Shown here piece after piece: positions 39,861 through 51,706 of a stretch of DNA of 64,000 nucleotides. This DNA is from Candidatus Rokuibacteriota bacterium (lineage in GTDB: Bacteria > Methylomirabilota > Methylomirabilia > Rokubacteriales > CSP1-6): positions 8,063-72,062 of the forward strand of contig JAUSJX010000012.1 in the NCBI GenBank assembly GCA_030647435.1, given 5' to 3'. Under the pieces are notes generated by a model. That model saw only the letters and a list, made by a program, of their open reading frames with translations, was not told the DNA's origin and made no database searches. The position numbers and the translations under genes are program-made. Within the stretch, counting starts at the first letter, position 1. Each line of letters begins with the position of its first letter.

Positions 39861-42581
39861 ATGGCGAACGGACGGCGCTCTCCCCGCTTGGGCTTCTGGC
39901 TGGTCCTGGCCTTCATCCTCCTGGCGGGGTTCGGCCAGGCGGTGCCGCTGTACACCGACTGGCTCTGGTACCGCGAGGTCGGCTTCACGCAGGTCTTCAC
40001 GACCGTGCTGTCGCTGCGCGGCTGGCTCTTCCTCGGCGTCGGCGGCGTCGTCTTCCTCTTCATGTACGGCAACCTCTGGGTCGCCGCCCGCACGGCTGCG
40101 CCGGACGTCCTCTGGGAGCTCGACGACCAGCTCGGGCTGCCCGGCCGGGCGGTGCTCGAGCCGCTGATCCGGCGGCTGCTGCTACCCGTCATCGCGGTGA
40201 TCGCCGTGCTCTCCGGCCTGCGCGCCGGCGCCTCGTGGGAAATGGTGGTGGGCTATGTCAACGCCACCCCCTTCGGCGCCGCGGACCCGCTGTTCGGCCG
40301 CGATCTCTCCTTCTTCGTCTTCGAGCTCCCGCTCTGGCGCTTCCTGTACGGCGGTGCGATGACGCTCGTCATCGGTACGCTGCTGTTGAGCGTCGCGACC
40401 TACGTTCTCCTGAGGAGCCTGGTGCTGACCGGCCAGGGGCCGAGGCTGGCTGCAGGCGCCCGGACGCACCTCCTGGGGCTCGGCGCGGTGCTGCTGCTCC
40501 TGCGCGCCCTGGGGTTCTGGCTCGACCGCTACGAGCTCGTCTACTCGGCGCGCGGCGTGGTCTTCGGCGCCTCGTACACCGACGTGCACGCGACGCTTCC
40601 CGCGCTGAGCGTGCTCACGGCGCTCGCGTTCCTGTGCGCGGCCGCGTGCGTGCTCCAGATCAGCCGGCCAGGGTGGGGTTTCCTGGTGGCGGGCCTCGTG
40701 GTCCTGGGCGTGGTGTGGGCCGGAGGCCTGGGCGTCTGGCCGTCCCTGCTCCAGCGCTTCCAGGTGACGCCCAACGAGCTCGTCGCCGAGCGGCCGTACA
40801 TCGAGCACAACATCCGCATGACGCGGCAGGCCTACGGCCTCGAGTCGATCAAGGAGCAGGACTTTCCCGCTGAAGACCGGCTGACGTCCGCGGCCATCGA
40901 GCGCAACAGCCTCACCATCAAGAACATCCGCCTCTGGGACCACCGGCCGCTGCTGACGAGCTTCGCCCAGCTCCAGGAGATCCGCACCTACTATAAGTTC
41001 GCCGGCGTCGACGTGGACCGGTACACGGTCAACGGCGAGTACCGGCAGATCATGCTCTCGCCGCGCGAGATGTCCTACCAGCACCTGCCGAGCCGGGTCT
41101 GGATCAACGAGCACCTGACGTTCACCCACGGCTTCGGTCTGGTGGCGGGGCCGGTCAACCGGATCACCCCCGAAGGCCTGCCCGATCTCTTCGTCAAGGA
41201 CATCCCGCCGAACGTCTCGGGGGGATTCCCGAAGATCACGCGGCCGGAGATCTACTACGGCGAGCTGAGCAACGAGTACGTCATCGTCCGCACGAAGTCG
41301 CAGGAGCTCGACTACCCTTCGGGCGACCAGAACGTCTACTCGCGTTACAGCGGGCGGGGCGGGGTGCCCGTTGACAGGTTCCTGCGGAAGCTGGCGTTTG
41401 CCATCCGGTTCGGCGAGATCAAGATCCTGCTCTCGGATGACCTCAGCGCCGAGAGCCGGGTGATGATGTACCGGCGGGTCGGTGATCGTGTGCGACAGGC
41501 GACACCCTTCATCCGTTTCGACAACGACCCCTACCTCGTCGTCACGGGTGACGGGCGGCTGGTGTGGATCGTGGACGGCTACACCACGACGGACCGATAC
41601 CCCTACGCCCAGCCCGAGCGCGGCCTCAACTACATCCGCAACTCCGTCAAGGTGACCGTGGACGCGTTCGACGGGACCATGGTCTTCTACGTTGCCGACC
41701 CCAAGGACCCCCTGGTCCGCACATGGGCGCGGGCTTTCCCCGGGCTCTTCACCCCGCTCGAGCGTATGCCGGCCGATCTGCGGCCGCACGTGCGTTATCC
41801 GGAGGATCTCTTCAGCCTCCAGGCGAAGATGTACGGCACGTACCACATGCAGGATCCGCAGGTCTTCTACAACAAGGAGGACCTCTGGACCGTTCCGCGC
41901 CTCACGTCCGACGGACGGGAGCGCGAGATGGAGCCGTACTTCACCATCATGCGATTGCCGGGGGAAAAGACGGAAGAGTTCGTTCTGCTCTCGGGCTTCA
42001 ACCCGGCCCGCCGCGACAACATGATCGCGATCATCGCGGCGCGCTCGGATGCGCCCAACTACGGCTCGCTCATCGCCTACACCTTCCCCAAGCAGAAGCT
42101 CGTCTACGGGCCGCGCCAGATCGACGCCCGCGTGAACCAGGACCCCGTGATCTCGGCCGCCTTCTCGCTCTGGAACCAGCAGGGCTCGCGCGTGCTCCGC
42201 GGATCGCTCCTGGCCATCCCGATCGAGGGCTCGCTGATCTACGTCCAGCCGATCTATCTCTCGGCTGAGCAGGGGGCGCTGCCGGAGCTCCGTCGGGTCA
42301 TCGTCGCCTTCGGAAACCAGATCGCCATGGAGCCGACGCTCGAGCAGTCGCTCCAGCGCATTTTCGGCGGCCGCATCCGCGGTGACGAGCCGGCGCCGGC
42401 GCGCGGCGCCGATGGCAAGCCCGCGCTGGGGGCGCCGGCTGCAATGATCGGGCTCGTCCAGAGAGCCTGGGAATTGTGGCAGCGGGGGCAGGATGCGCTC
42501 AAGCGCGGCGATTGGACGGCCTACGGACAGGCGCAGAAGCAGCTTGAGGACACGCTCCGCCAGCTCCGCGAATCGCGCTAG
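39861..42581 (+). CDS. Large polytopic membrane protein with a big extracytoplasmic domain, UPF0182-like (906 aa)
   Basis: N-terminal multi-TM region beginning LYTDWLWYREVGF, then a soluble domain of more than 500 aa; overall architecture resembles the UPF0182 family. Confidence 0.55.
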   Translation: MANGRRSPRLGFWLVLAFILLAGFGQAVPLYTDWLWYREVGFTQVFTTVLSLRGWLFLGVGGVVFLFMYGNLWVAARTAAPDVLWELDDQLGLPGRAVLEPLIRRLLLPVIAVIAVLSGLRAGASWEMVVGYVNATPFGAADPLFGRDLSFFVFELPLWRFLYGGAMTLVIGTLLLSVATYVLLRSLVLTGQGPRLAAGARTHLLGLGAVLLLLRALGFWLDRYELVYSARGVVFGASYTDVHATLPALSVLTALAFLCAAACVLQISRPGWGFLVAGLVVLGVVWAGGLGVWPSLLQRFQVTPNELVAERPYIEHNIRMTRQAYGLESIKEQDFPAEDRLTSAAIERNSLTIKNIRLWDHRPLLTSFAQLQEIRTYYKFAGVDVDRYTVNGEYRQIMLSPREMSYQHLPSRVWINEHLTFTHGFGLVAGPVNRITPEGLPDLFVKDIPPNVSGGFPKITRPEIYYGELSNEYVIVRTKSQELDYPSGDQNVYSRYSGRGGVPVDRFLRKLAFAIRFGEIKILLSDDLSAESRVMMYRRVGDRVRQATPFIRFDNDPYLVVTGDGRLVWIVDGYTTTDRYPYAQPERGLNYIRNSVKVTVDAFDGTMVFYVADPKDPLVRTWARAFPGLFTPLERMPADLRPHVRYPEDLFSLQAKMYGTYHMQDPQVFYNKEDLWTVPRLTSDGREREMEPYFTIMRLPGEKTEEFVLLSGFNPARRDNMIAIIAARSDAPNYGSLIAYTFPKQKLVYGPRQIDARVNQDPVISAAFSLWNQQGSRVLRGSLLAIPIEGSLIYVQPIYLSAEQGALPELRRVIVAFGNQIAMEPTLEQSLQRIFGGRIRGDEPAPARGADGKPALGAPAAMIGLVQRAWELWQRGQDALKRGDWTAYGQAQKQLEDTLRQLRESR

Positions 42582-42590
42582 CAGGACGGC

Positions 42591-42698
42591 GAGAAGGGTC
42601 CAGATGCGAGGCGGCGCCCGAAGGGCCGCACGCGAAGCGTAGTCTCTCTACGTTGAGCGTGCGGCCGAGGGCGCCAACGAAGCAGATGGGCCCTTCTC
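42591..42698. repeat. About 108-bp imperfect palindrome (arms about 42 nt, internally palindromic centre cgtagtctctctacg) between convergent UPF0182 (+) and lptG (-); candidate bidirectional terminator or structured element
   Basis: gagaagggtccagatgc...gcagatgggcccttctc outer arms; ggccgcacgc/gcgtgcggcc inner arms. Confidence 0.5.
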
Positions 42699-42711
42699 GG
42701 CGGCCTGCTGG

Positions 42712-45036
42712 TCAGGTGCGGGCGCGGAGGAAGAGCGCCGCGCCGAGCCCGGCAAAGATGATGTTCGCCGTCCAGGCGCCGAGCATGGGCGGCAGGAGCT
42801 CGGCCTTGGCGAAGGCGATCGCCACGGAGTTCACCACCCAGTAGCCCACCGAGATCAGGATGGCCACCGCGATGCCGACGCCGCGCCCGCCGCTGCGCGG
42901 TGACGCCAGGGCGAAGGGAATCGCCACGAGCGCCATGATCACGTGCACCAGCGGGAACGAGAGCTTCGAGTCGAGCTGGACGAGGTACTTCCCGACCTGG
43001 TGCCCGGTCTCCGCGAGTCGGGTGATGTAACCGCGCAGCTCCAGGAAGCTCATCGTCTCCGGCGCCTTTTGCACCTGGATCAGGTCGTTGATCTGCTCAG
43101 GCATGCTGACCAGCCTTTCCGTGAAGGCATCGACCGTGACCTGGTTGCCTGGGCCGACCTGCCGGAACACGCCGTTACTCAGCATCCAGGCCTCGCCGGT
43201 CCAGACCGCCCTGCCGGCGTCCAGGCGGTCCACCAGACGAAAGTCCCGGCTGATGTCGACCACGAGCAGGCCTTCGAGCGAGCGCGCGATCGGGTCCAGC
43301 AGCTCCATGCGCAGGTAGCGCGTGTCGGAAGAGCGGTACCAGATCTGTGTTTGGCGCTGGAGGTGCCGGGGCTGGTTGCCGCGGATCTTGACGCGGTCGA
43401 TCTCTTCCGCTTTGGCGTTGATGCCCGGGAGCACCGTCTCCTGCACGAGGCCCGCGGCGAGGCTGATGCAGAAGGCCACCAGGAGGACGGGCAGGCTGGC
43501 CCGGTAGAGGCTGATGCCGGAGGCCTTGAGCGCGTCGAGCTCGCGCTGCTGCGTCAGCGTCAGAAAGAGGAAGACGGTCGAGACCAGGACGACGAGGGGC
43601 AGTCCTTCGTAGAGCGAGCCGGGCAGCCGGTAGAAGAGGTGCTGGACGATGTAGATGAACGGCGGCTTTGCCCGGAGGAACCGGTCGAGGTACTGGATCA
43701 GGTCGACCACGAGGACGAGGACCGCCACCACGACCGTTCCGGTCAGGAGGAAGGTCAGGTACTGGCCGACCAGATAGCGGTCGATGATGTAGGTCGAGGC
43801 CCGCGGCCCGCGCGCACGCGCCGCGGGAGCGCTCACGCGCTGCACCGCGGGCCGCTTGGGGAAGACGCTGCGGAAGCCGCGGGGCATGGCTGCGCGGAGG
43901 CGCCAGAAGAGGCGTCTCCAGGACGCGGGGGTGCCCGCTGTGGCGCCGTGAAGGAGCCCGAGCCCGACCGCGCCGAAGATCGCGTTCGGCAGCCACATCG
44001 CCACGCCGGCGGGGATGCGGCCGCGCAGGGCCATGCCCTCGAGGAAGGTGTGGATGACGTAGTACAGGACGACGACGCCCAAGCTCAACCCGAGCGCCAG
44101 AGCGCGACCGCCACGCTGGGTCCGGATGCCGAGGGGAAAGCCGACGAGGATGAAGACGAGGGGAGCCACGGGCAGGGAGAAGCGCTTGTGCAGCTCGACC
44201 TGGAACGGCGTCACGATCTGCCCCTGGCGCTTGAGATCGGCGATGGTCTCGCGGAGCACCTGGAGCGACATCTCCTTTTCGGGCTTCTCGATGCGCTCAG
44301 CCGCCCGCTGGGGGTTGTCGAGGGGCAGGTTGAGGTCGTAGAGGCTGAACGCGGTGAGGCGGAAGCGCCGCGCGTCGCCCGTATCGGTCTCGCTGACGGA
44401 GCCGTCGATGAACCGCATGGTCACGCGGCGGTTCTTCGAGTCGGAGAAGAGACGCCCCTCGCGCGCAAGGATGATCCGGGACAGCTTGGGGTCGCGCTCG
44501 TCCGAGACCAGGAGGCCACGCAGGGCGACCTGCGAGGCGCTGATGTCGTCCACGTACATGACCATCTGGCTGAAGGAGGCGGTGAAGGTGCGCTCTTTCA
44601 TGCCCGTGGTGGCCTTGGTCTGGAGGATCTGGAAGAGCTGGTTCTGAAAGGCCCCGCTCGCCGCGGGCGCGATCAGGAGGGTCAGCGTCGCGACGGCGCC
44701 GCTGACCACGACCGCGAAGCCCATGAAGGGTCGGAAGAGCCTGAGCGGGCTCACGCCCGAGGCCTTGAGCGCCGCCACCTCGAGATCGCCGGCGAGACGG
44801 CCGCAGACCAGCAGCACGGAGACCAGCAGCGCCATCGGCACGGTGAGCGCGAGAACGCCGGGCAGCATGAAGAGCAGGAGGCCGAGCACGAAGTGGAAGG
44901 GGACGCTCTTGGTGATGACGAGATCGGTCAGCTGGTAGACGCGGTCGATGACCAGGAAGAAGGTCAGCACGCCCACGGCCAGGGCGAAGGGCGGGGCGAG
45001 ATCCTTGATCATGTACCGGTCGAGGACCCTGAGCAT
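42712..45036 (-). CDS. lptFG: LptF and LptG permeases (YjgP/YjgQ family) encoded in one continuous reading frame, with no stop codon between them. The LptF part is about 45036..43888 and the LptG part about 43887..42712.
   Basis: LptF N-terminus MLRVLDRYMIKDLAPPF and six TM segments. After the last LptF TM an Arg/Ala/Pro-rich 45-aa linker (containing an in-frame MPRGFRSVF) runs without a stop into LptG. LptG begins YIIDRYLVGQYLTFLL. The annotated ORF 5' extension beyond 45036 is spurious. Confidence 0.75.
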   Translation of the reverse strand: MLRVLDRYMIKDLAPPFALAVGVLTFFLVIDRVYQLTDLVITKSVPFHFVLGLLLFMLPGVLALTVPMALLVSVLLVCGRLAGDLEVAALKASGVSPLRLFRPFMGFAVVVSGAVATLTLLIAPAASGAFQNQLFQILQTKATTGMKERTFTASFSQMVMYVDDISASQVALRGLLVSDERDPKLSRIILAREGRLFSDSKNRRVTMRFIDGSVSETDTGDARRFRLTAFSLYDLNLPLDNPQRAAERIEKPEKEMSLQVLRETIADLKRQGQIVTPFQVELHKRFSLPVAPLVFILVGFPLGIRTQRGGRALALGLSLGVVVLYYVIHTFLEGMALRGRIPAGVAMWLPNAIFGAVGLGLLHGATAGTPASWRRLFWRLRAAMPRGFRSVFPKRPAVQRVSAPAARARGPRASTYIIDRYLVGQYLTFLLTGTVVVAVLVLVVDLIQYLDRFLRAKPPFIYIVQHLFYRLPGSLYEGLPLVVLVSTVFLFLTLTQQRELDALKASGISLYRASLPVLLVAFCISLAAGLVQETVLPGINAKAEEIDRVKIRGNQPRHLQRQTQIWYRSSDTRYLRMELLDPIARSLEGLLVVDISRDFRLVDRLDAGRAVWTGEAWMLSNGVFRQVGPGNQVTVDAFTERLVSMPEQINDLIQVQKAPETMSFLELRGYITRLAETGHQVGKYLVQLDSKLSFPLVHVIMALVAIPFALASPRSGGRGVGIAVAILISVGYWVVNSVAIAFAKAELLPPMLGAWTANIIFAGLGAALFLRART

Positions 45037-45060
45037 GCCCCTCCATTGTACGATGGCGCC

Positions 45061-46137
45061 ATGCCCGCCCCGCCCTTCATCGGACTGGCCCTTGTCCTCG
45101 TGGCTGCCGCCACAGCATGGGCCGCGGCCGCCCCGGCGTGGGCCGGCCCCGCCGGCGACCGGCTCGAGCGCTTTCGGGAGATCGCCGCGACGCGCCTGTC
45201 CGTCGTCGAGGACACGGGCGGGGCGCTCGACCCGGCGTCGCAGGCCGAGATGGACGCGCTCCTGGACGGCGAGGTGCTGGACAGCCTGCAGGTCGGCGGC
45301 CCGTTCGCGTCGGTGGAGTTCATCCGTGAGCGCCTCGACGCATTCGCCGAGACGTGGGGCGGCGCGTCGCTGCGTATCGATCCCCTCGGCGGCGGAGTTC
45401 TCGCGGGGCGCTTCCGTCTCTCGGCAAAGGGCGTGAGCAACTCGGTGCGGCTCTATGGTTCCGCGAAGGGAAAGCCGGCGCTCCTCCGGGCGTGGCAGGA
45501 AGACGGCGTGCCGGAGGTGTACCCGTGGGCCGCCCCGGCCGGAGGCGGCGCGGAGATCCTCGTGAGCTGGTCGGGCACGGCGACGGGGTGGGGAAGCTGG
45601 CCGCTCAGGCTCGAGCTCTGGCGCGTTCGAGACGGGGTCGTCTTCGCGGTGTGGAGGAGCGCCGAGCGCTATCCCGAAGGGCTCTGGGTCTCGCAGGTCG
45701 ACGTCAAACCGGGCCGTGTCAACCTTCGGCACGAGGTCCGTTACCCGGGCTGGAAGCCCGGCTGCGACGTCCAGGCCGAGCAGGAGGACCGCTATCGGGC
45801 CGATCCCGGCGGGGGCCTCACGCTCGTGAGCCGCCAGCTCTTCAACGGCTGGCACAGGGAGCTCGGGCGCTCGGCGACGCGCTTCTTTTCCGCGCTCGCG
45901 TCGGGAGACCGCAAGGCGCTCGCGGAGCTGGCCCCCGACGTCGCTCTCCGCGCCAGGCTGCCGGTCGGGCTGTTGGCGGAGGCCGCCTGCGACTCCCAGA
46001 ACCCCGACACGCCCGGCACCGCCGTCGTCGCGGCGGCCGCGCCGCTGCCGGACGGCCGGCGCGCGCCGTGGTCGCTCTGGTGGAGCCGCGGGGCGTCCGG
46101 CTGGCGCCTGACCGGCGCAGCCCCCGTGCTAGAATGA
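45061..46137 (+). CDS. Hypothetical secreted protein (358 aa), Trp/Gly-rich, no recognisable domain
   Basis: ATG with signal peptide MPAPPFIGLALVLVAAATAWAAAAPAWA; divergent from lptFG; the ORF 5' extension back to 42943 is antisense to lptFG and spurious. Confidence 0.55.
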   Translation: MPAPPFIGLALVLVAAATAWAAAAPAWAGPAGDRLERFREIAATRLSVVEDTGGALDPASQAEMDALLDGEVLDSLQVGGPFASVEFIRERLDAFAETWGGASLRIDPLGGGVLAGRFRLSAKGVSNSVRLYGSAKGKPALLRAWQEDGVPEVYPWAAPAGGGAEILVSWSGTATGWGSWPLRLELWRVRDGVVFAVWRSAERYPEGLWVSQVDVKPGRVNLRHEVRYPGWKPGCDVQAEQEDRYRADPGGGLTLVSRQLFNGWHRELGRSATRFFSALASGDRKALAELAPDVALRARLPVGLLAEAACDSQNPDTPGTAVVAAAAPLPDGRRAPWSLWWSRGASGWRLTGAAPVLE

Positions 46138-46146
46138 TGGGCTACC

Positions 46147-48761
<2,615 letters not shown>

Positions 48762-48765
<4 letters not shown>

Positions 48766-49532
48766 CGACGCGCGCGCCGTCGCGGGCCCTCGGACACACC
48801 ATCCACCGCCTGAGCGAAGTCGCGTCCACCCAGGGCGAGGCGGCCCGGTTGGCGGCGGCCGGCGCCCCCGAGGGGACGGTGGTGACGGCGACGCACCAGA
48901 GCGCGGGGCGGGGCCGGCGCGGCCGCGAGTGGCTCGACGCCCCGGGCGAAAGCCTCCTCGTGTCCATCGTGCTGAGGCCGCCGATTCCCCCCAGCCTGGC
49001 TCCGCAGTTGTCGCTGGTCGCGGCCGTGGCGGTCGTCGATGCGCTCGGAACGGCCGGGGTGACGGCCACGATCCGCTGGCCCAATGACGTCATGGTCGGG
49101 GAGCGAAAGATCTGCGGCATGCTGCCCGAGGCGGTGACCGCGCGCGAGGGTACGATCGAGCACGTGATCCTGGGGATCGGGCTCAACGTCAACCAGCGCG
49201 ACTTCCCGGCGTCGATACGGACGCTCGCGACCTCGGTGCGGATCGAGACCGGGCGCCAGCACGCTGTCGAGGCGATGCTGCAGGCGGTCCTGGCCGGGCT
49301 CGAGGGCTGCTACAGGCACTTCGTCGAGGGAGGGCTCGACGCGCTCCTCCCAGCCTGGCTCGCGCGCGCTCAAGGCATCGGCCGCCGCGCGCGCGCGGCG
49401 GACGGGCGCGAGGGCGTCGCGGTGGGCCTCGCTGCCGACGGCGCCTTGCTGCTCCGGACGGACAGCGGCGAAACGGTGCGGGTCGTCGCGGGCGAGGTTA
49501 CGACGGAGGCGGTCCATGCTGCTGGTCATTGA
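48762..49532 (+). CDS. birA: Biotin--[acetyl-CoA-carboxylase] ligase (group I, no N-terminal DNA-binding domain)
   Basis: HQSAGRGRRGREW biotin-binding motif; GTG start overlapping the valS stop. Confidence 0.85.
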
Positions 49533-50313
49533 AGTCGGCAACACCAACACCAAGATCGGCGTCTTCAGCGGGCCGCGGCTGCTCGTGTCGTGGCGGTTGA
49601 CGACGCGGCGCGAGCAGACGGCCGACGAGTACGGCGTCTTCATCCAGACGCTCCTCAGCACGCGCGGCATCGAGCAGCAGCGCATCACGGGCGTGGCCAT
49701 CTCGAACGTGGTGCCGACCGTGCAGCAGACGCTCGAGGCCATGTCCGACGCCTACTTCGGGGTGCAGCCGTTCAGCGTGGAGCCGGGCAGGAGCGACACG
49801 GTGCCGCTCGCCGTGGAAGCGCCGCAGGAGGTCGGAGCCGACCGCATCTGCGACATCGTGGGCGGCGTCACGCTCTACGGCTCGCCGCTCATCGTGGTCA
49901 ACTTCGGCACGGCAACCACGTTCGACTGCGTGAACGCGCGGGGCGAGTTCATCGGCGGAGCCATCGCCCCGGGCCTCGTCACCGCCTCCGAAGCGCTGAT
50001 CTCGCGCGCGGCGCGCCTCTACCGCGTCGAGCTGCTTCAGCCGAAGGAGGCGATCGGGCGGAACACCGTCACCAACATCCAGTCGGGCGTGATGTACGGC
50101 TGGGCGGGGCTGGTGGACGGCCTCGTCGACCGCATGCGCGCCGAGATGGGCGGGCCCATCAAGGTGGTCGCCACGGGCGGGCTGGCCGGCCAACTGCGGG
50201 GCGTCGCGCGCACCATCGATCTGGTCAACCCGGACCTGACTCTCGAGGGCCTGCGGGCGATCTGGGAGCGCGCAAATCCTCAGGAACCGCGGCGCGCGTC
50301 GACGCAGGGTTGA
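49516..50313 (+). CDS. coaX: Type III pantothenate kinase
   Basis: MLLVIEVGNTNTKIGVF; VVNFGTATTFD; conserved birA-coaX adjacency. Confidence 0.9.
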   Translation: MLLVIEVGNTNTKIGVFSGPRLLVSWRLTTRREQTADEYGVFIQTLLSTRGIEQQRITGVAISNVVPTVQQTLEAMSDAYFGVQPFSVEPGRSDTVPLAVEAPQEVGADRICDIVGGVTLYGSPLIVVNFGTATTFDCVNARGEFIGGAIAPGLVTASEALISRAARLYRVELLQPKEAIGRNTVTNIQSGVMYGWAGLVDGLVDRMRAEMGGPIKVVATGGLAGQLRGVARTIDLVNPDLTLEGLRAIWERANPQEPRRASTQG

Positions 50314-50338
50314 CAGGTGGTGGTGACGCTCGTATACT
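50310..50338 (+). promoter_or_regulatory. Near-consensus sigma-70 promoter TTGACA-N17-TATACT. The -35 hexamer includes the coaX TGA stop. Drives the IMPDH-like/guaA/dnaE block.
   Basis: Perfect -35 box; -10 TATACT (5/6); 17-nt spacer. Confidence 0.55.
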
Positions 50339-50434
50339 CCCCCTAAATACGGTAGGGTCGGGCCGGCGGCTCCCTATATACGGGGCCTGGTGGGGTGCGG
50401 CAGGGCCACTCGGGTCCGGAGAGGACGACAGCGC

Positions 50435-51595
50435 ATGGGCATGTGGGTGGGGCGCGGGCGCAAGGCTCGGGCGGCATACGGCTTCGACGACATCGCGCTG
50501 GCTCCAGGAGCGATCACCATCAATCCCAACGAGGTGGACATCTCGTGGGAGCTCTGCGGCCGCAACTTTCAGATCCCCATCATCGCAGCGGCCATGGACG
50601 GCGTCGTCAGCCCCAAGCTCGCCATCGAGATGGGCCGCCTCGGCGGGCTCGCAGTGCTCAACCTCGAGGGCATCTTCTCGCGCTACGAGAACCCGGACGA
50701 GGTCCTCGACCGGATCACCTCCGCGAGCCTCGGAGAAGCGACCAGGATCATCCAAGGGATCTACGGCGAGCCCATCAAGGAAGAGCTGATCCACAAGCGG
50801 ATCTCGGAGATCAAGAAGGGCGGCGGGCCCGTCATGGTGTCGGCAATCCCGCAGCGGGCCGAGCGCTTCGCGAAGATCGCCGAGGAGGCCGGCGCGGACT
50901 TCTTCGTGGTCCAGTCCACGGTCACAACCGCGCGCCACGTCGCCAGCGAGTACACGCCGGTGGATCTCCGCGAGCTCAAGAAGCACCTGTCGATCCCCCT
51001 CATCATCGGCAACACGGTCACGTACGAGGCCTGCCTCGAGCTGATGGAGTGCGGGGCCGACGCGCTGCTGATCGGCGTGGGGCCCGGCGCCGCATGCACC
51101 AGCCGCGAGGTGCTGGGGGTCGGCGTCCCGCAGGTGACGGCCACAGCCGACTCCGCCGCCGCCCGGGACTTCTACTACAAGCGGAAGGGGCGCTACGTGC
51201 CCATCATCACCGACGGCGGCATGACCACCGGTGGCGACATCTGCAAGGCCCTGGCCTCGGGCGCCGACGCGGTCATGATCGGATCGGCCTTCGCGCGCGC
51301 CCAGGAGGCGCCGGGGCGCGGGTACCACTGGGGAATGGCGACGCCGCACTCGAACCTGCCGCGCGGGACGCGCATCCGGGTCGGGGTGTCGGGTCCGCTC
51401 GAGCAGATCCTTTTCGGTCCCGCCTTCACCGAGGACGGCACGCTGAACCTGGTCGGCGCGATCCGCACGTGCATGGGCTCGGTGGGCGCCATGAGCATCA
51501 AGGAGCTGCAGCAGACCGAGCTCATCATCGCCCCGTCCATCAAGACGGAAGGCAAGGTGTTCCAGCGCGCCCAGAAGCTCGGCACGCCCAGATAG
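50435..51595 (+). CDS. IMP dehydrogenase-family protein lacking the CBS subdomain (GuaB3-like / IMPDH-related)
   Basis: FDDIALAPG N-terminus; TIM-barrel motifs IAAAMDGV, GVGPGAACTSR, ITDGGM, GADAVMIGS; about 385 aa with no CBS insert. Start ambiguous: 50390, 50435 or 50441. Confidence 0.75.
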   Translation: MGMWVGRGRKARAAYGFDDIALAPGAITINPNEVDISWELCGRNFQIPIIAAAMDGVVSPKLAIEMGRLGGLAVLNLEGIFSRYENPDEVLDRITSASLGEATRIIQGIYGEPIKEELIHKRISEIKKGGGPVMVSAIPQRAERFAKIAEEAGADFFVVQSTVTTARHVASEYTPVDLRELKKHLSIPLIIGNTVTYEACLELMECGADALLIGVGPGAACTSREVLGVGVPQVTATADSAAARDFYYKRKGRYVPIITDGGMTTGGDICKALASGADAVMIGSAFARAQEAPGRGYHWGMATPHSNLPRGTRIRVGVSGPLEQILFGPAFTEDGTLNLVGAIRTCMGSVGAMSIKELQQTELIIAPSIKTEGKVFQRAQKLGTPR

Positions 51596-51706
51596 CGGAG
51601 CGGCCGTTGCGCCCGCGCCGCCCGGGAAAGATTCGAGGGACGGCGCCCCCGACGGCGCCCCCGATGCTACCCAAGTTGTGTGAAGTGATTCTCGCCCGGA
51701 GTCCCG

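Noticed and set aside
42943-45060. 5' two-thirds of the 1064-aa plus-strand ORF 42943..46137
   Set aside because: This part is antisense to lptFG and has low-complexity translation. Only the portion from the ATG at 45061 (with its signal peptide) is retained as a gene.
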